64,000 nucleotides of DNA, taken from Chloroflexota bacterium. GTDB lineage: Bacteria; Chloroflexota; UBA11872; VXNJ01. The DNA is taken from contig OZ253449.1 of the NCBI GenBank assembly GCA_965261345.1, positions 1,728,001 through 1,792,000 on the forward strand, in the 5' to 3' direction. The notes beneath the pieces were generated by a model that ran no database searches, had not been told where the DNA came from, and was given only the letters and a program-made list of their open reading frames with translations. A program made the translations under genes and the position numbers. Shown here one piece after another: positions 9,388 to 18,860 of the stretch (positions are counted from its first letter, which is position 1; the number at the start of each line of letters is the position of its first letter).

Positions 9388-10424
9388 ATTGGCTGCGTCC
9401 CCTGCAGATCGCCCTGCTTGGCATCATCGCGCTGGTGTTGGCGGTCTACCTGGCCTATTCGGCCGCCAGTCTGCTGGCCCGACCGCCGGCCGCCAGCGCT
9501 GACTATTCCGTACTTTTTACGGTCGAACCGGGAGCATCGGTGGCCGAGATTGGCGGCGAGCTGCGGGAGGAAAGGCTAATCCTCTCCGACCTGGTTTTTC
9601 GTCTGGCGCTGGAGCGGCGCGGTTCGGGAAACAGCCTTCAACCTGGCCAGTACCTTTTAAGGTCGAGCATGTCGATGGATCAGATCATCGATGAACTCCA
9701 GCGCGGCCAGGTGTCCGACCGGGTGGTCCGGGTCATCGAGGGATGGCGGTCGGAACAGATCGCCGACTATCTGGAAGCCGGAGCGGTATTTGAGCGTGAC
9801 GAATTTCTGGACCTCGTTAACTCGGGATCAGCCCAGTTCCAGCATGACTTCCTGCCCGATCCGGGCAGCGGCGCCAGCTTGGAAGGCTACCTGTTTCCCG
9901 ATACCTATTTCGTTGGCGCCCAGACCACCGCGCGCGAGTTCATTGACGGGATGCTAGACCGTTTTGGCCAGATCTACGGACCGCAGGAACGTCAAGGCGC
10001 CGTCGTCCTGGGCCTTAGCGACCACCAGGTGATAACCCTGGCCTCGATAGTGGAGCGCGAAGCCCAGCTCGACGAGGAACGCCCGCTCATTGCCAGCGTT
10101 TATCTGAACCGATTGGCCCAGGGCTGGCCACTGCAGGCAGATCCGACCGTCCAGTACGCGCTCGGCCAGATTGGAGACGGATCCTGGTGGAAAGGCGGCC
10201 TGACGATCTCGGATCTGGGCTTCCGCTCCCCCTACAACTCCTACGTGAATCTGGGCCTGCCGCCGGGACCGATCGCCAACCCTGGGGCGGCCTCGATCCG
10301 CGCGGTGCTGGAACCGGCCCAAACCGAGTTCATGTTTTTTGTCGCCCGTGGTGACGGATCGCACGCCTTTGCCGTAACGGCCGAGGAACATCAGCAAAAT
10401 GTAAACAGGTTTCAGTCAGGCTAA
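9384..10424 (+). CDS. mltG: Endolytic transglycosylase MltG
   Basis: LEGYLFPDTY, ASIVERE (catalytic Glu), LQADPTVQY, SPYNSY..GLPPGPIANPG. Confidence 0.95.
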   Translation: MNWLRPLQIALLGIIALVLAVYLAYSAASLLARPPAASADYSVLFTVEPGASVAEIGGELREERLILSDLVFRLALERRGSGNSLQPGQYLLRSSMSMDQIIDELQRGQVSDRVVRVIEGWRSEQIADYLEAGAVFERDEFLDLVNSGSAQFQHDFLPDPGSGASLEGYLFPDTYFVGAQTTAREFIDGMLDRFGQIYGPQERQGAVVLGLSDHQVITLASIVEREAQLDEERPLIASVYLNRLAQGWPLQADPTVQYALGQIGDGSWWKGGLTISDLGFRSPYNSYVNLGLPPGPIANPGAASIRAVLEPAQTEFMFFVARGDGSHAFAVTAEEHQQNVNRFQSG

Positions 10425-10430
10425 CCCTTA

Positions 10431-11489
10431 ATGCGTACCACCCTCGCGCGCTGCCTCCGGCTCGATGCCGCCCTATCGGGCCGCGGCCTGGATGGCCTGC
10501 TGGTCAGCGCCGCCCCCAACCGTCGTTATCTTTCAGGTTTCACCGGATCGGCCGGTGCCCTGCTTCTCGGCAGTGGCCGGCGCGAACTTTTCACCGACGG
10601 TCGCTACCAGGTTCAATCCCGGCTGGAAGCCGAAGGGTTTCAAGTTCGGATTGGATCCGGCGACCCGGCCCTGGCGGCGGTCGAATACGCCGCCGCCGCC
10701 GGAATGGCGAGGGTGGGTTTTGACGATCTTGAAGTCCCGGTGCGCCGATACCACCGGATGCGGCAAACCAAAGGAATCGAGCTTGAAACCGCCGGTGGGT
10801 TGGTGGAGGAATTGCGGCTGGTAAAGGACGACACGGAAATGGTGGCGCTGCGCCGGGCAATCGCCATAGCCGATGACGTTATGGCCATTGCCGCCGAGAG
10901 CATCCAACCCGGGGTGAGCGAACGCGCGGTCGCGGCGCGGCTTGAAGCCGGATTCCTGGCCGCCGGGGCCGACAAGGTCGGGTTCGATTTAATCGTGGCG
11001 GCCGGGCCGAATTCGGCAAAACCGCACCATTTCCCGTCGGTCTACGAAATTTCTGCCGGTGACGCGGTCGTGGTCGACATGGGCGCGCTCGTTAACGGAT
11101 ACCATTCCGACATTACCCGGACGTTTTGCGCTGGCGAACCCAGCGCCCGCTTCAATGAAATCTACGCTACTGTGCTAGCCGCCAATCGCGCTGGGATCGA
11201 TGCCGCCCGCCCCGGCGCCAGCGGCAAACAGGTCGATGCCGCCGCCCGCGCGGTGATTGCGGCGGCCGGATTTGGCGAGAACTTCGGGCACGGCTTGGGT
11301 CATGGGGTGGGACTTGAAATCCACGAGGCCCCGCGCCTGGCGATGACCTCTGACCATCTCCTGCAAGCGGGCATGGTGCACTCGATCGAACCGGGAATAT
11401 ACTTGCCCGGTTGGGGCGGGATCCGCATCGAGGACCTGATTTTGGTACGGTCCGGCGAACCCGAAATTCTCTCTTCCTATCCCCGCTAA
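10431..11489 (+). CDS. Xaa-Pro aminopeptidase (M24B)
   Basis: YLSGFTGS, TDGRY, DMGA..GYHSDITRT, GHGLGHGVGLEIHE, IEPGIY, GIRIED. Confidence 0.93.
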   Translation: MRTTLARCLRLDAALSGRGLDGLLVSAAPNRRYLSGFTGSAGALLLGSGRRELFTDGRYQVQSRLEAEGFQVRIGSGDPALAAVEYAAAAGMARVGFDDLEVPVRRYHRMRQTKGIELETAGGLVEELRLVKDDTEMVALRRAIAIADDVMAIAAESIQPGVSERAVAARLEAGFLAAGADKVGFDLIVAAGPNSAKPHHFPSVYEISAGDAVVVDMGALVNGYHSDITRTFCAGEPSARFNEIYATVLAANRAGIDAARPGASGKQVDAAARAVIAAAGFGENFGHGLGHGVGLEIHEAPRLAMTSDHLLQAGMVHSIEPGIYLPGWGGIRIEDLILVRSGEPEILSSYPR

Positions 11490-11510
11490 ATACTCTTTGG
11501 AGCGCTAAGC

Positions 11511-12074
11511 ATGCTATCGGCCAACGAAGTGCGGAACGGCATGATCTTGGACATGGACGGGGACCGAATGCAGGTTATTGAAGCCCGCCACCAGAAGATC
11601 GGCCGCGGCGGGGCCAAGCTGAACGTGCGCCTGCGCAACCTGGCCACCGGATCGACGACCGACCGCTCGTTTCCGGCCACCCGGCGCTTTGCCCGCATCC
11701 GCACCGCGACCCGACCGGTCCAATACTTGTATTCGGATGGGATGGGCTACCACTTCATGGACATGGAGAGCTATGACGAGGTTGTCTTGAGCAAAGAGAT
11801 GCTGGGTCCGAACGTCAACTACCTGGTGCCCGAGCTGATGATCGATCTGACCACCGATGGCGACGCGGTGCTCTCCTTTCAGCTACCGTCCACGGTTCAG
11901 CTCAAAATCGTGGCCTCCGACCCCGGTCACCGCGGCGATACCGCGACCGGGTCGACCAAGCCGGCCCAACTGGAAACCGGCTTGACCGTCCAGGTCCCGC
12001 TATTTATCAGCTCCGGTGAGGTGGTTGTCATATCCACGTCCAGCGGCCAATATGTTGAGCGGGCCCGCAAATGA
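11511..12074 (+). CDS. efp: Elongation factor P
   Basis: QYLYSDG, GDTATG..KPAQLETG..VQVPLFI; tip loop KIGRGGA. Confidence 0.95.
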   Translation: MLSANEVRNGMILDMDGDRMQVIEARHQKIGRGGAKLNVRLRNLATGSTTDRSFPATRRFARIRTATRPVQYLYSDGMGYHFMDMESYDEVVLSKEMLGPNVNYLVPELMIDLTTDGDAVLSFQLPSTVQLKIVASDPGHRGDTATGSTKPAQLETGLTVQVPLFISSGEVVVISTSSGQYVERARK

Positions 12075-12511
12075 ACACCCGAGTCCGCCGAGCCGACTGG
12101 AATCGATTGCTCGATGAAGCCCTCCCGGCAATTCTCGAATCAGTCGCCGGAACCGATGTCGAAGAGGTCACGGTCAACTCGTCGCGGGCCTCGATTCGAG
12201 TGCGCCTGCAACCGGAACCGGCAATATCGGTCAACGGCCAGCCGGATCCGCAATCTGAAGATCAACCGGCCTTTACCGCAATCACCGCGCGCAATGTCGG
12301 GGTGTTTCGCCGGGCTGAATCCGGCGACGACGAACCGGCCGCCCGGGTTGGCGAGCCGGTTGAGGCTGGCCAGGCAATCGGATTCGTCGATACGTTAAAT
12401 CATTACCATCCAGTGGAAGCGGCAAAGGCCGGCGAATTGATCGGTTTCTACGTCGAGGATGGCGCCCTGGTCGAATACGGCCAGCAGCTGGCCCGCATCG
12501 ACTCGAGTTAA
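12071..12511 (+). CDS. Biotin-carboxyl-carrier-like (AccB-like) protein lacking the biotinylated Lys
   Basis: ITARNVGVFRR, VGEPVEAGQAIG, VEDGALVEYGQQL match the BCCP fold; EAMK position reads DTLN; ATGA overlap with efp. Confidence 0.75.
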   Translation: MNTRVRRADWNRLLDEALPAILESVAGTDVEEVTVNSSRASIRVRLQPEPAISVNGQPDPQSEDQPAFTAITARNVGVFRRAESGDDEPAARVGEPVEAGQAIGFVDTLNHYHPVEAAKAGELIGFYVEDGALVEYGQQLARIDSS

Positions 12512-13446
12512 CCGCTGTTGGCCCTTCCCGCCCGGCGGAGGTTAATCAGCGCCCGCAGCCGGCCCGCCAATCGTTCGAAATGTTCCTCCCATACGACCAA
12601 GAGTTGGGCGGCGGTAAAGATCGACGAATATGTGCCCACCACGATCCCAATTAGCAGCGCCATTACGAATTCGGCGATCGTAGGCCCTCCCAGCAGCAGC
12701 AGCGCGACCAGTACGAACACCGCCGTAAGCGAGGTATTAAGCGAGCGGTCAAGCGATTGATTTAGCGAATAGTTAACGATTCGAGAGTATTGGGTCCCGC
12801 GATAGCGCGACTGGTTCTCGCGAATCCGATCAAATACCACGATCGTGTCGTGGACTGAAAAACCGGCAACCGTGAGGGCGGCGGTAACGAACATCGAATC
12901 GACCTGCACGCCAGCCGTCTGGCCCAGGATCGTGAAGGCCCCGAGCAGGATCAGGACGTCGTGGACCAGGGTTACGACCGCGACGAGCCCGTAGCGGAAC
13001 GAATTGGCGATGCTGCGAAAACTCCAGGTCAGGTAGAGCAAGATCGCCAGCGAGGCCCCGGCTACTGCCAGCACCGCGTTGCGGGTCAGCTCCTCGCCCA
13101 CCACCGGCCCGACGAAGTCGAATGAGATCAGGTCGAATTCCGGGTAGGCCTCCGCCAGGGTCGCCTCCAACCGGTCCTTCTGCTCCGGATCCAGCTCGGC
13201 GGTGCGGATCAGATAGGTCGAGCCATCCGAGGCCTGCACCTTAGCTCCCGGTATCCGGACCGCCTGCAGCCGCGCCTCGACCGCCGTACGTTGATCGTGG
13301 ACTCCGAGTTCGACCCGTGCCAGGCTGCCGGAGGTAAAGTCGATCCCCAGACTGATGCCGATTGTCAGCAGCAGCAGCAGTGCACCCGCCATCAGCAGGG
13401 CCGAGAAGCCCAGCAGGTACCGGCGCGGACCGATCAGTGGAAACAT
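12508..13446 (-). CDS. secF: Protein translocase subunit SecF
   Basis: LGIDFTSG, VGPVVG, HDVLI, GFSVHDTIVVFDRIRE, GTYSSIF. Confidence 0.96.
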   Translation of the reverse strand: MFPLIGPRRYLLGFSALLMAGALLLLLTIGISLGIDFTSGSLARVELGVHDQRTAVEARLQAVRIPGAKVQASDGSTYLIRTAELDPEQKDRLEATLAEAYPEFDLISFDFVGPVVGEELTRNAVLAVAGASLAILLYLTWSFRSIANSFRYGLVAVVTLVHDVLILLGAFTILGQTAGVQVDSMFVTAALTVAGFSVHDTIVVFDRIRENQSRYRGTQYSRIVNYSLNQSLDRSLNTSLTAVFVLVALLLLGGPTIAEFVMALLIGIVVGTYSSIFTAAQLLVVWEEHFERLAGRLRALINLRRAGRANSG

Positions 13447-13450
13447 CTCC

Positions 13451-14767
13451 CTAGCCGCGCCGAATTGGTCGGGCCACTTTGACCCCGAATAGCCGGGCCG
13501 GATCCCAGGCGCGGGCCCGGACCAGCAGCAGCAGGATGGTGCGCGATACCGAAATTGCCGAAAACATCGAAATGAGGACCCCGATCCCCAGCGTGAGCGC
13601 GAAACCCTTCACCAGCCCGCTGCCAAAGTACCAGAGCACCGTGCAGGTAATTAGAGTGGCGATGTTGGAGTCGCGGATTGAGGACCAGGCCCGGCGGAAG
13701 CCGATGTGAATTGCGCGATTAAGCGAAACCCCGTTGCGCAGTTCCTCGCGGCTGCGCTCGAAGATGAGGATGTTGGCGTCAACGGCCATCCCGATCGAAA
13801 GGATAAAACCGGCAATTCCAGCCAGAGTCAGGGTGACCGGGATCAGCTTGAAAACTGCAAACACCAGCAGTGCGTAGATGACCAGCGCAAGCGTCGCAAC
13901 CACTCCGGGCAGGCGGTAATAGGCAACCATAAATACCGCCACCATGACGAACCCGATCAATCCGGCGCGGATGCTCTTTTCGAGCGATTCGGCTCCCAAG
14001 GTCGGCCCCACCGAAATGTTGCGAATCACCTTCAGCGGAACCGGCAGGGCGCCGTAGCGCAGCTGGATGACCACGTTGCGGGCTTCCTCGATGCTGTCGA
14101 ACCCCTCGATCGTGCCGCTGCCGTCAATGCGCCCGTTAATCACCGCCGAGTTGATTACCACGCCGTCGACCAGGATCGAGAGAAACTGCCCGATGTTGGC
14201 GCCGGTGTAGTCGGCAAATGACTCGGTGCCCGACGAATTTAGATCGAAGTTGACCAGCCCGTTTCCGATCTGATCGTAAGCCAGGTCGGCCCCGGCCAGA
14301 TCGGACCCGGTAATTACGACCTCGAACGGGCTTTCGGCCGGCTCGACCGTGGTTCCCAACTCCAGGAATTGTCCGCCGGTGCCGATGATATCCAGACGCC
14401 CGGTCTGCCGAAATAGGGCGATCGCCTCGTCGGGATCCTCGATCCCCGGCAGTTCCACGATCACCCGGTCGGATCCTTCGAGCTGGACCTGCGGCTCGGC
14501 CACTCCGAGGGCGTTGACCCGGTTCTCCAGAATCTGGCGGACCGCCTCCATCGCACCTTCGTCAACCGTCTGTCCATCGGCCGGGTCGGCCTGGAAGGCC
14601 ACGTGCAGTCCACCCTGTAAATCTAGGCCCTGGCGGAATTCAAGTCTGCCCAGATCCCGGCCGCCAATCTCGATGCCAAGACCCGGTGTGTCGGGCACGT
14701 CGATATAGATCGCGACCGCCACCAGCGCGAGGATGCTGGCCGCAAGTACTAATAGACGCCTGCGCAA
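13451..14767 (-). CDS. secD: Protein translocase subunit SecD
   Basis: GLDLQGG, RVNALGVAEP, IVELPG, GALPVPL, LSIGMAVDANILIFER. Confidence 0.96.
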   Translation of the reverse strand: MRRRLLVLAASILALVAVAIYIDVPDTPGLGIEIGGRDLGRLEFRQGLDLQGGLHVAFQADPADGQTVDEGAMEAVRQILENRVNALGVAEPQVQLEGSDRVIVELPGIEDPDEAIALFRQTGRLDIIGTGGQFLELGTTVEPAESPFEVVITGSDLAGADLAYDQIGNGLVNFDLNSSGTESFADYTGANIGQFLSILVDGVVINSAVINGRIDGSGTIEGFDSIEEARNVVIQLRYGALPVPLKVIRNISVGPTLGAESLEKSIRAGLIGFVMVAVFMVAYYRLPGVVATLALVIYALLVFAVFKLIPVTLTLAGIAGFILSIGMAVDANILIFERSREELRNGVSLNRAIHIGFRRAWSSIRDSNIATLITCTVLWYFGSGLVKGFALTLGIGVLISMFSAISVSRTILLLLVRARAWDPARLFGVKVARPIRRG

Positions 14768-14897
14768 TAGGTTTCGCTAGCCGGTTTCCGGGGCCGAGAA
14801 GATTCTGGCCAAGCACAATTGGCCAATGGGCATTATCAGTTAGCGATTGGCAAAGTGGCTAGATTTGGGCTGCCGACCGGGAAGTGCGCGAATTAGC

Positions 14898-15539
14898 CTG
14901 TTTGCCGACCGCTGCGATGCCGGCACCCGACTGGGGGTCAAGCTACGGCGACAAGGCATCCGATCGGGATTGCTGTTTGGAATCCTGCGCGGCGGACTGG
15001 TTGTAGCGCGGTCGGCCGGTGCTGAACTTGAATTGCCAGCCCACGGATTGGCGGTTCTAAAAATCCGCGCACCGCGGCAGGACGAGCTGGCCATCGGTGC
15101 GGTCACTGCAACCGGTCCGACCTATATCAATCAATCGTCCATTGACCGGCTTCGGGTGAAACGCCAATACCTGGATGCCGAGCTGGCCGATCGCCAACGG
15201 GCGGCCCAAGAGCTGCAGCAGCAATTCGGCGTGCTCGATCCGGGAGCGATCGCGGCCGCTGATTCGGTGGTGGTAATCGACGACGGCTTAGCGACCGGGG
15301 CCACCGCGATCGCGGCCGCGGCCTGCCTTTCCCGGTTGGGCGGGAAGGAATTGATCATCGCCGCCCCGGTTGCCCCTCCGTCGACCGTGCGGCTTCTGCT
15401 GGCGGCGGGGTTTGATCGCGCGGTCTGCCTGCGCACGCCGGCCGATTTCTATGCCGTGGGACAGTTCTATGCGCAGTTTTTGCCGGTGGGACAAGCACAA
15501 TTGAGGGAATTGGCAATCGGGCCAAAACACCTTCCGTAG
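14898..15539 (+). CDS. Phosphoribosyltransferase-family protein; start uncertain (CTG 14898 or TTG 14847)
   Basis: FADR.DAG N-terminus, LRGG, ELAIGAV, VVVIDDGLATG PRPP loop, AVGQFY. Confidence 0.8.
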   Translation: MFADRCDAGTRLGVKLRRQGIRSGLLFGILRGGLVVARSAGAELELPAHGLAVLKIRAPRQDELAIGAVTATGPTYINQSSIDRLRVKRQYLDAELADRQRAAQELQQQFGVLDPGAIAAADSVVVIDDGLATGATAIAAAACLSRLGGKELIIAAPVAPPSTVRLLLAAGFDRAVCLRTPADFYAVGQFYAQFLPVGQAQLRELAIGPKHLP

Positions 15540-15584
15540 GGGAACCCGCCAGCTCTTGGGCGGCGCAGCAAAGGTAGAGATGGA

Positions 15585-16424
15585 ATGAAATTTGGCAGTG
15601 GCGATCATCGCTTTGAACTGGTGCCCGGTTGGCCGCAGCGCCCTCCCGACCTCAATCTCGGCTGGATCGGCGGGATCGGGGTTACCAGCAGTGGGCGGGC
15701 CTACGTCTACAACCGCGGCGATTACCCGATGGCGGTATTTGACGCCGAATCGGGGGAATTTATCAAGGTGTGGGACGAACCACGGTTCGTGCATGCCCAC
15801 GGGGTCTGGGTCGACGAGGGTGACCGGCTCTGGCTAACCGACCAGAAGGCGCATGTGATCTGGGTGTGTGACGAAGACGGGCAGATCCTCGATCACATTG
15901 GCAACGAGGGTCAAAAAGGTGCCGCCGACGGTGACCCGTTCAACGAGCCCACCGACATCGCCCTGGCCGGTGACCTTGGCTACTTCGTGTCCGACGGTTA
16001 CGGCAACAGTCACATTCACCACATCGCGCCGGACCATTCGCTGGTTACCACCTGGGGCGGGCGCGGTAACGGTCCGGGACAGTTCAACCTGCCGCACTGC
16101 GTCCATTACGACTCGCGCGGACGGGTCTGGGTTGCCGATCGCGAGAACAACCGCATCCAGTTGTTTGACACCGCCGGCAATCACCTGGAAACCTGGACCG
16201 GTTTCCTTCGCCCGGCCGACTTTGTCACCGCCGGCCCCGATCTGGTTTACGTTTGCGAACTGGGCGGAAGGATAGCGGTCCTAGACCTCGATGGCGGCAT
16301 CGTCGAGCGCTTCGATCTGCCCGATCCGCGCGCCCCGCACGGCATTTGGCTGGATAAGGCTGGCAACCTCTACGTGGTCGAGGTGCAGGCCGATAACAAG
16401 CTCTACAAGCTGGCGCGCTGTTAG
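15585..16424 (+). CDS. NHL-repeat beta-propeller, peptidyl-alpha-hydroxyglycine alpha-amidating lyase-like
   Basis: FNEPTDIA, VSDGYGN, GPGQFNLPH, VADRENNRIQLF, PHGIW repeats. Confidence 0.85.
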   Translation: MKFGSGDHRFELVPGWPQRPPDLNLGWIGGIGVTSSGRAYVYNRGDYPMAVFDAESGEFIKVWDEPRFVHAHGVWVDEGDRLWLTDQKAHVIWVCDEDGQILDHIGNEGQKGAADGDPFNEPTDIALAGDLGYFVSDGYGNSHIHHIAPDHSLVTTWGGRGNGPGQFNLPHCVHYDSRGRVWVADRENNRIQLFDTAGNHLETWTGFLRPADFVTAGPDLVYVCELGGRIAVLDLDGGIVERFDLPDPRAPHGIWLDKAGNLYVVEVQADNKLYKLARC

Positions 16425-17017
16425 GCCGCCGCCGGCCCGGAGATTGATCGGTATAGCCGGCCGAGGCGCGCCTGGGCGGCCACCAGTCCGAGCGGTTCCC
16501 GCCCGGACCCGCGCAGCGCCTTGACCGCCTGAGCCAACTGGCGCCGGCGGGTTTCCCCCTCACAAACGACCAGGATGCTCAGATCAGTCACCGCGCTCAA
16601 GGCGAGGGCATCGGCCGAGTCGGCTAGGTTGCCAGTTAGCAGCACCACGACGCCGGTCTCTCCGGCCCTGGCGATCCAATCACCAAGTTGGCGGCCGGCG
16701 ATGGTGGCCGGAGAAAGCAGGCCGGCATAAATTGGGAGCTCCTGACCGTCGAGAGCTTTCGGCGGTCCCGCGGCTAGGACATGGGCGAGGCTCTCGGCCC
16801 CGCCCGAGAGCGAACCGGCCAATCCGGTTGGCACTGACGCGGCCTCAATGAGCATCGTGCCATGACCGGATTCGGCCAGCGCCCGGCAGAGGTTTAGGGC
16901 TACCGAACCGGCGTCGGCGGCCGGTCCGGGGGCGGCGACCAGGACCACCCCCTGCGCGCTACCCAGGGCCGCCAGCACCCGGGCCCGCAGCTGACTCAGC
17001 TCGAATTGGGCGTCCAT
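16421..17017 (-). CDS. Degenerate CpsD/CapB-like BY-kinase domain
   Basis: VALNLCRALAESG, SADALALSAVTDLSILVV..GETRR, PLGLV resemble the CpsD fold; no GK[ST] Walker A. Confidence 0.6.
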   Translation of the reverse strand: MDAQFELSQLRARVLAALGSAQGVVLVAAPGPAADAGSVALNLCRALAESGHGTMLIEAASVPTGLAGSLSGGAESLAHVLAAGPPKALDGQELPIYAGLLSPATIAGRQLGDWIARAGETGVVVLLTGNLADSADALALSAVTDLSILVVCEGETRRRQLAQAVKALRGSGREPLGLVAAQARLGRLYRSISGPAAA

Positions 17018-17020
17018 GCT

Positions 17021-17701
17021 TTAAGCGGTGTCCAGCCGGGCCAGCAGCGGCAACTCGCCGCGGTCGGGAAGGCGATCAAGGTAGAGCCGATCACGCCGCG
17101 CCGCTCCCACGATGGCAACCAGGAGCGATCCCAGAAATGCGATCGCGGTGACCAATCCGACCGCGATCGCCTCGGCCAGGGCGGCCTCCAGATCAAGCCG
17201 CGAATCCAGGTCGATAACTGCCAGATGGGCGATTTCGGCAATCGCCGGCAGCAGGATGTGAGCGTCGCTGCCGAGTGCCTCGGCCGCGGCCTGGGCGGCC
17301 AGCCGGGCGGTCTGCTGGTCATGGGACCGCGCGTAAAAAGTGAGTCCGCGATGGGTGCGTTCAGCGCTAAGCAATGCACCAAACGATTCAGCGTCGAGGT
17401 GTATGTCGTACTCACTGACAATGCGGTCACTGGCCAGCCGGGCAAAGGATGATCCGATCACCAGCTGCTCGAGATCATCCATTAGGTAATCGATCGCCAC
17501 GGTGCGCGAGATTTCGACATCGTAGGCAGGTGCCTGCGCGCCGTCGGGGACCTTGAAGCTGACCAGGATCTGGGCCCGGCCAATGTAGTCGGGTGGGTTC
17601 AGCATCGCCCAGGCCAGACTAATAGCCAAGGCGGCAAGGGTGACCAACCCGACGGCCAGGCGATTGCGCCGAAGAATTGCCAGCAGGCTGTCAGCGTACA
17701 C
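17021..17701 (-). CDS. Wzz/CpsC-like chain-length regulator
   Basis: LAILRRNR + TM + P.Y...AQILV N-terminus and second C-terminal TM; GTG 17701 overlaps the upstream GT stop. Confidence 0.65.
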   Translation of the reverse strand: MYADSLLAILRRNRLAVGLVTLAALAISLAWAMLNPPDYIGRAQILVSFKVPDGAQAPAYDVEISRTVAIDYLMDDLEQLVIGSSFARLASDRIVSEYDIHLDAESFGALLSAERTHRGLTFYARSHDQQTARLAAQAAAEALGSDAHILLPAIAEIAHLAVIDLDSRLDLEAALAEAIAVGLVTAIAFLGSLLVAIVGAARRDRLYLDRLPDRGELPLLARLDTA

Positions 17702-18860
17702 GATTGACCTTAGGTTGTTTGGTTGGGGCGCGACCGAGATCGTGCGACCAGGTCCCCAAATTATTGATGTAGGCGGAGAGTTCGCTGGCAAATCGCGCCA
17801 CTGAAAACTTTTGCGCGTGGTCAACCAGGGTGCCTGGATCAAACGACCCGGCATCGAATTTCTCCAGCGTGGCAATCAGCGAGGGCGCCGTGGGCTGGTC
17901 GAAAAAGACGCCGGTGCGATCCGGCAGCACCGTTTCCAGGGCGCCCCCGCCGGCGAAGGCGATCACCGGCCGACCGGCCGCCTGGGCCTCGACCGGTACG
18001 AGGCCGAAGTCCTCTTCACCGGGAAAGATCACCGCCCGGCAGCGGGCCAGCTCATGGGCAAGACGCTGCTCGCTGACCCGCCCTGCAAATTCAATCGTGG
18101 GACCGGAAATGGATCGCAGATCTGGTTCGGCCCGCCCGGCGCCCAGAATTTTGAGTCTGAGTTTGAGCGCGTTGCAGGCGCGGATCGCCACGTCTATCCG
18201 TTTGTAGGGCGCAAGTCGGGAAACGAGCAGCAGGTGATCGCCGATTTCGGCCGCCGGGGCCGGTGCGAACTGCTCGGTGCGCACTGGTGGATAGATGATG
18301 TCGGAGCGGCGCCCGTAGTACCGCCTGATGCGCTCGGCCACGCACCTGGAGATGGCAATGAAATAATCGGTTCGATCGGCCATCATCTTGTCCAATCGAC
18401 GCAGACCCTCCAATCCCAGGCGGACCGCACCATCAAGGGCCCTGGGATAGTCGCGCTCGGCGGCCAGGTAGCGTTGCGAATCCCAAAGATAACGCGGCGG
18501 GGTCAGGCAGTAACAGACGTGAGTGGTATTGCCATTGGTGGGGATCCAGCGACAGAATCCCGAGGCGTTGGAAATGATTACATCGGCGTCGCTTATCCAC
18601 CAGCGGGCAAAAGTGGCCGCATAAGCTGGCAAATAGCGGCGGTGGTGGCTAAATACCGCCGGCAGGACCTGCATCAATGAGGTGCGCACGTCCAGCGACG
18701 CAAATTCTTCGTCAAGGGCGTCCGGGTCAAATATCGACGTGTAGATTGGCGAATCGGGCCACAATCGGGCCATTTCAAGCAGCGCCCGCTCGGCCCCACC
18801 CATCTGGTTTAGCCAGTCGTGGACCAGGGCAACCCGGGGCCGGTGGTTGGATCGGGCCAT
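17691..18860 (-). CDS. Glycosyltransferase family 4
   Basis: VALVHDWLNQMGGAE, IIYPPV, SRLAPYKR, EDFGLVPVEAQAAG. Confidence 0.92.
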   Translation of the reverse strand: MARSNHRPRVALVHDWLNQMGGAERALLEMARLWPDSPIYTSIFDPDALDEEFASLDVRTSLMQVLPAVFSHHRRYLPAYAATFARWWISDADVIISNASGFCRWIPTNGNTTHVCYCLTPPRYLWDSQRYLAAERDYPRALDGAVRLGLEGLRRLDKMMADRTDYFIAISRCVAERIRRYYGRRSDIIYPPVRTEQFAPAPAAEIGDHLLLVSRLAPYKRIDVAIRACNALKLRLKILGAGRAEPDLRSISGPTIEFAGRVSEQRLAHELARCRAVIFPGEEDFGLVPVEAQAAGRPVIAFAGGGALETVLPDRTGVFFDQPTAPSLIATLEKFDAGSFDPGTLVDHAQKFSVARFASELSAYINNLGTWSHDLGRAPTKQPKVNRVR

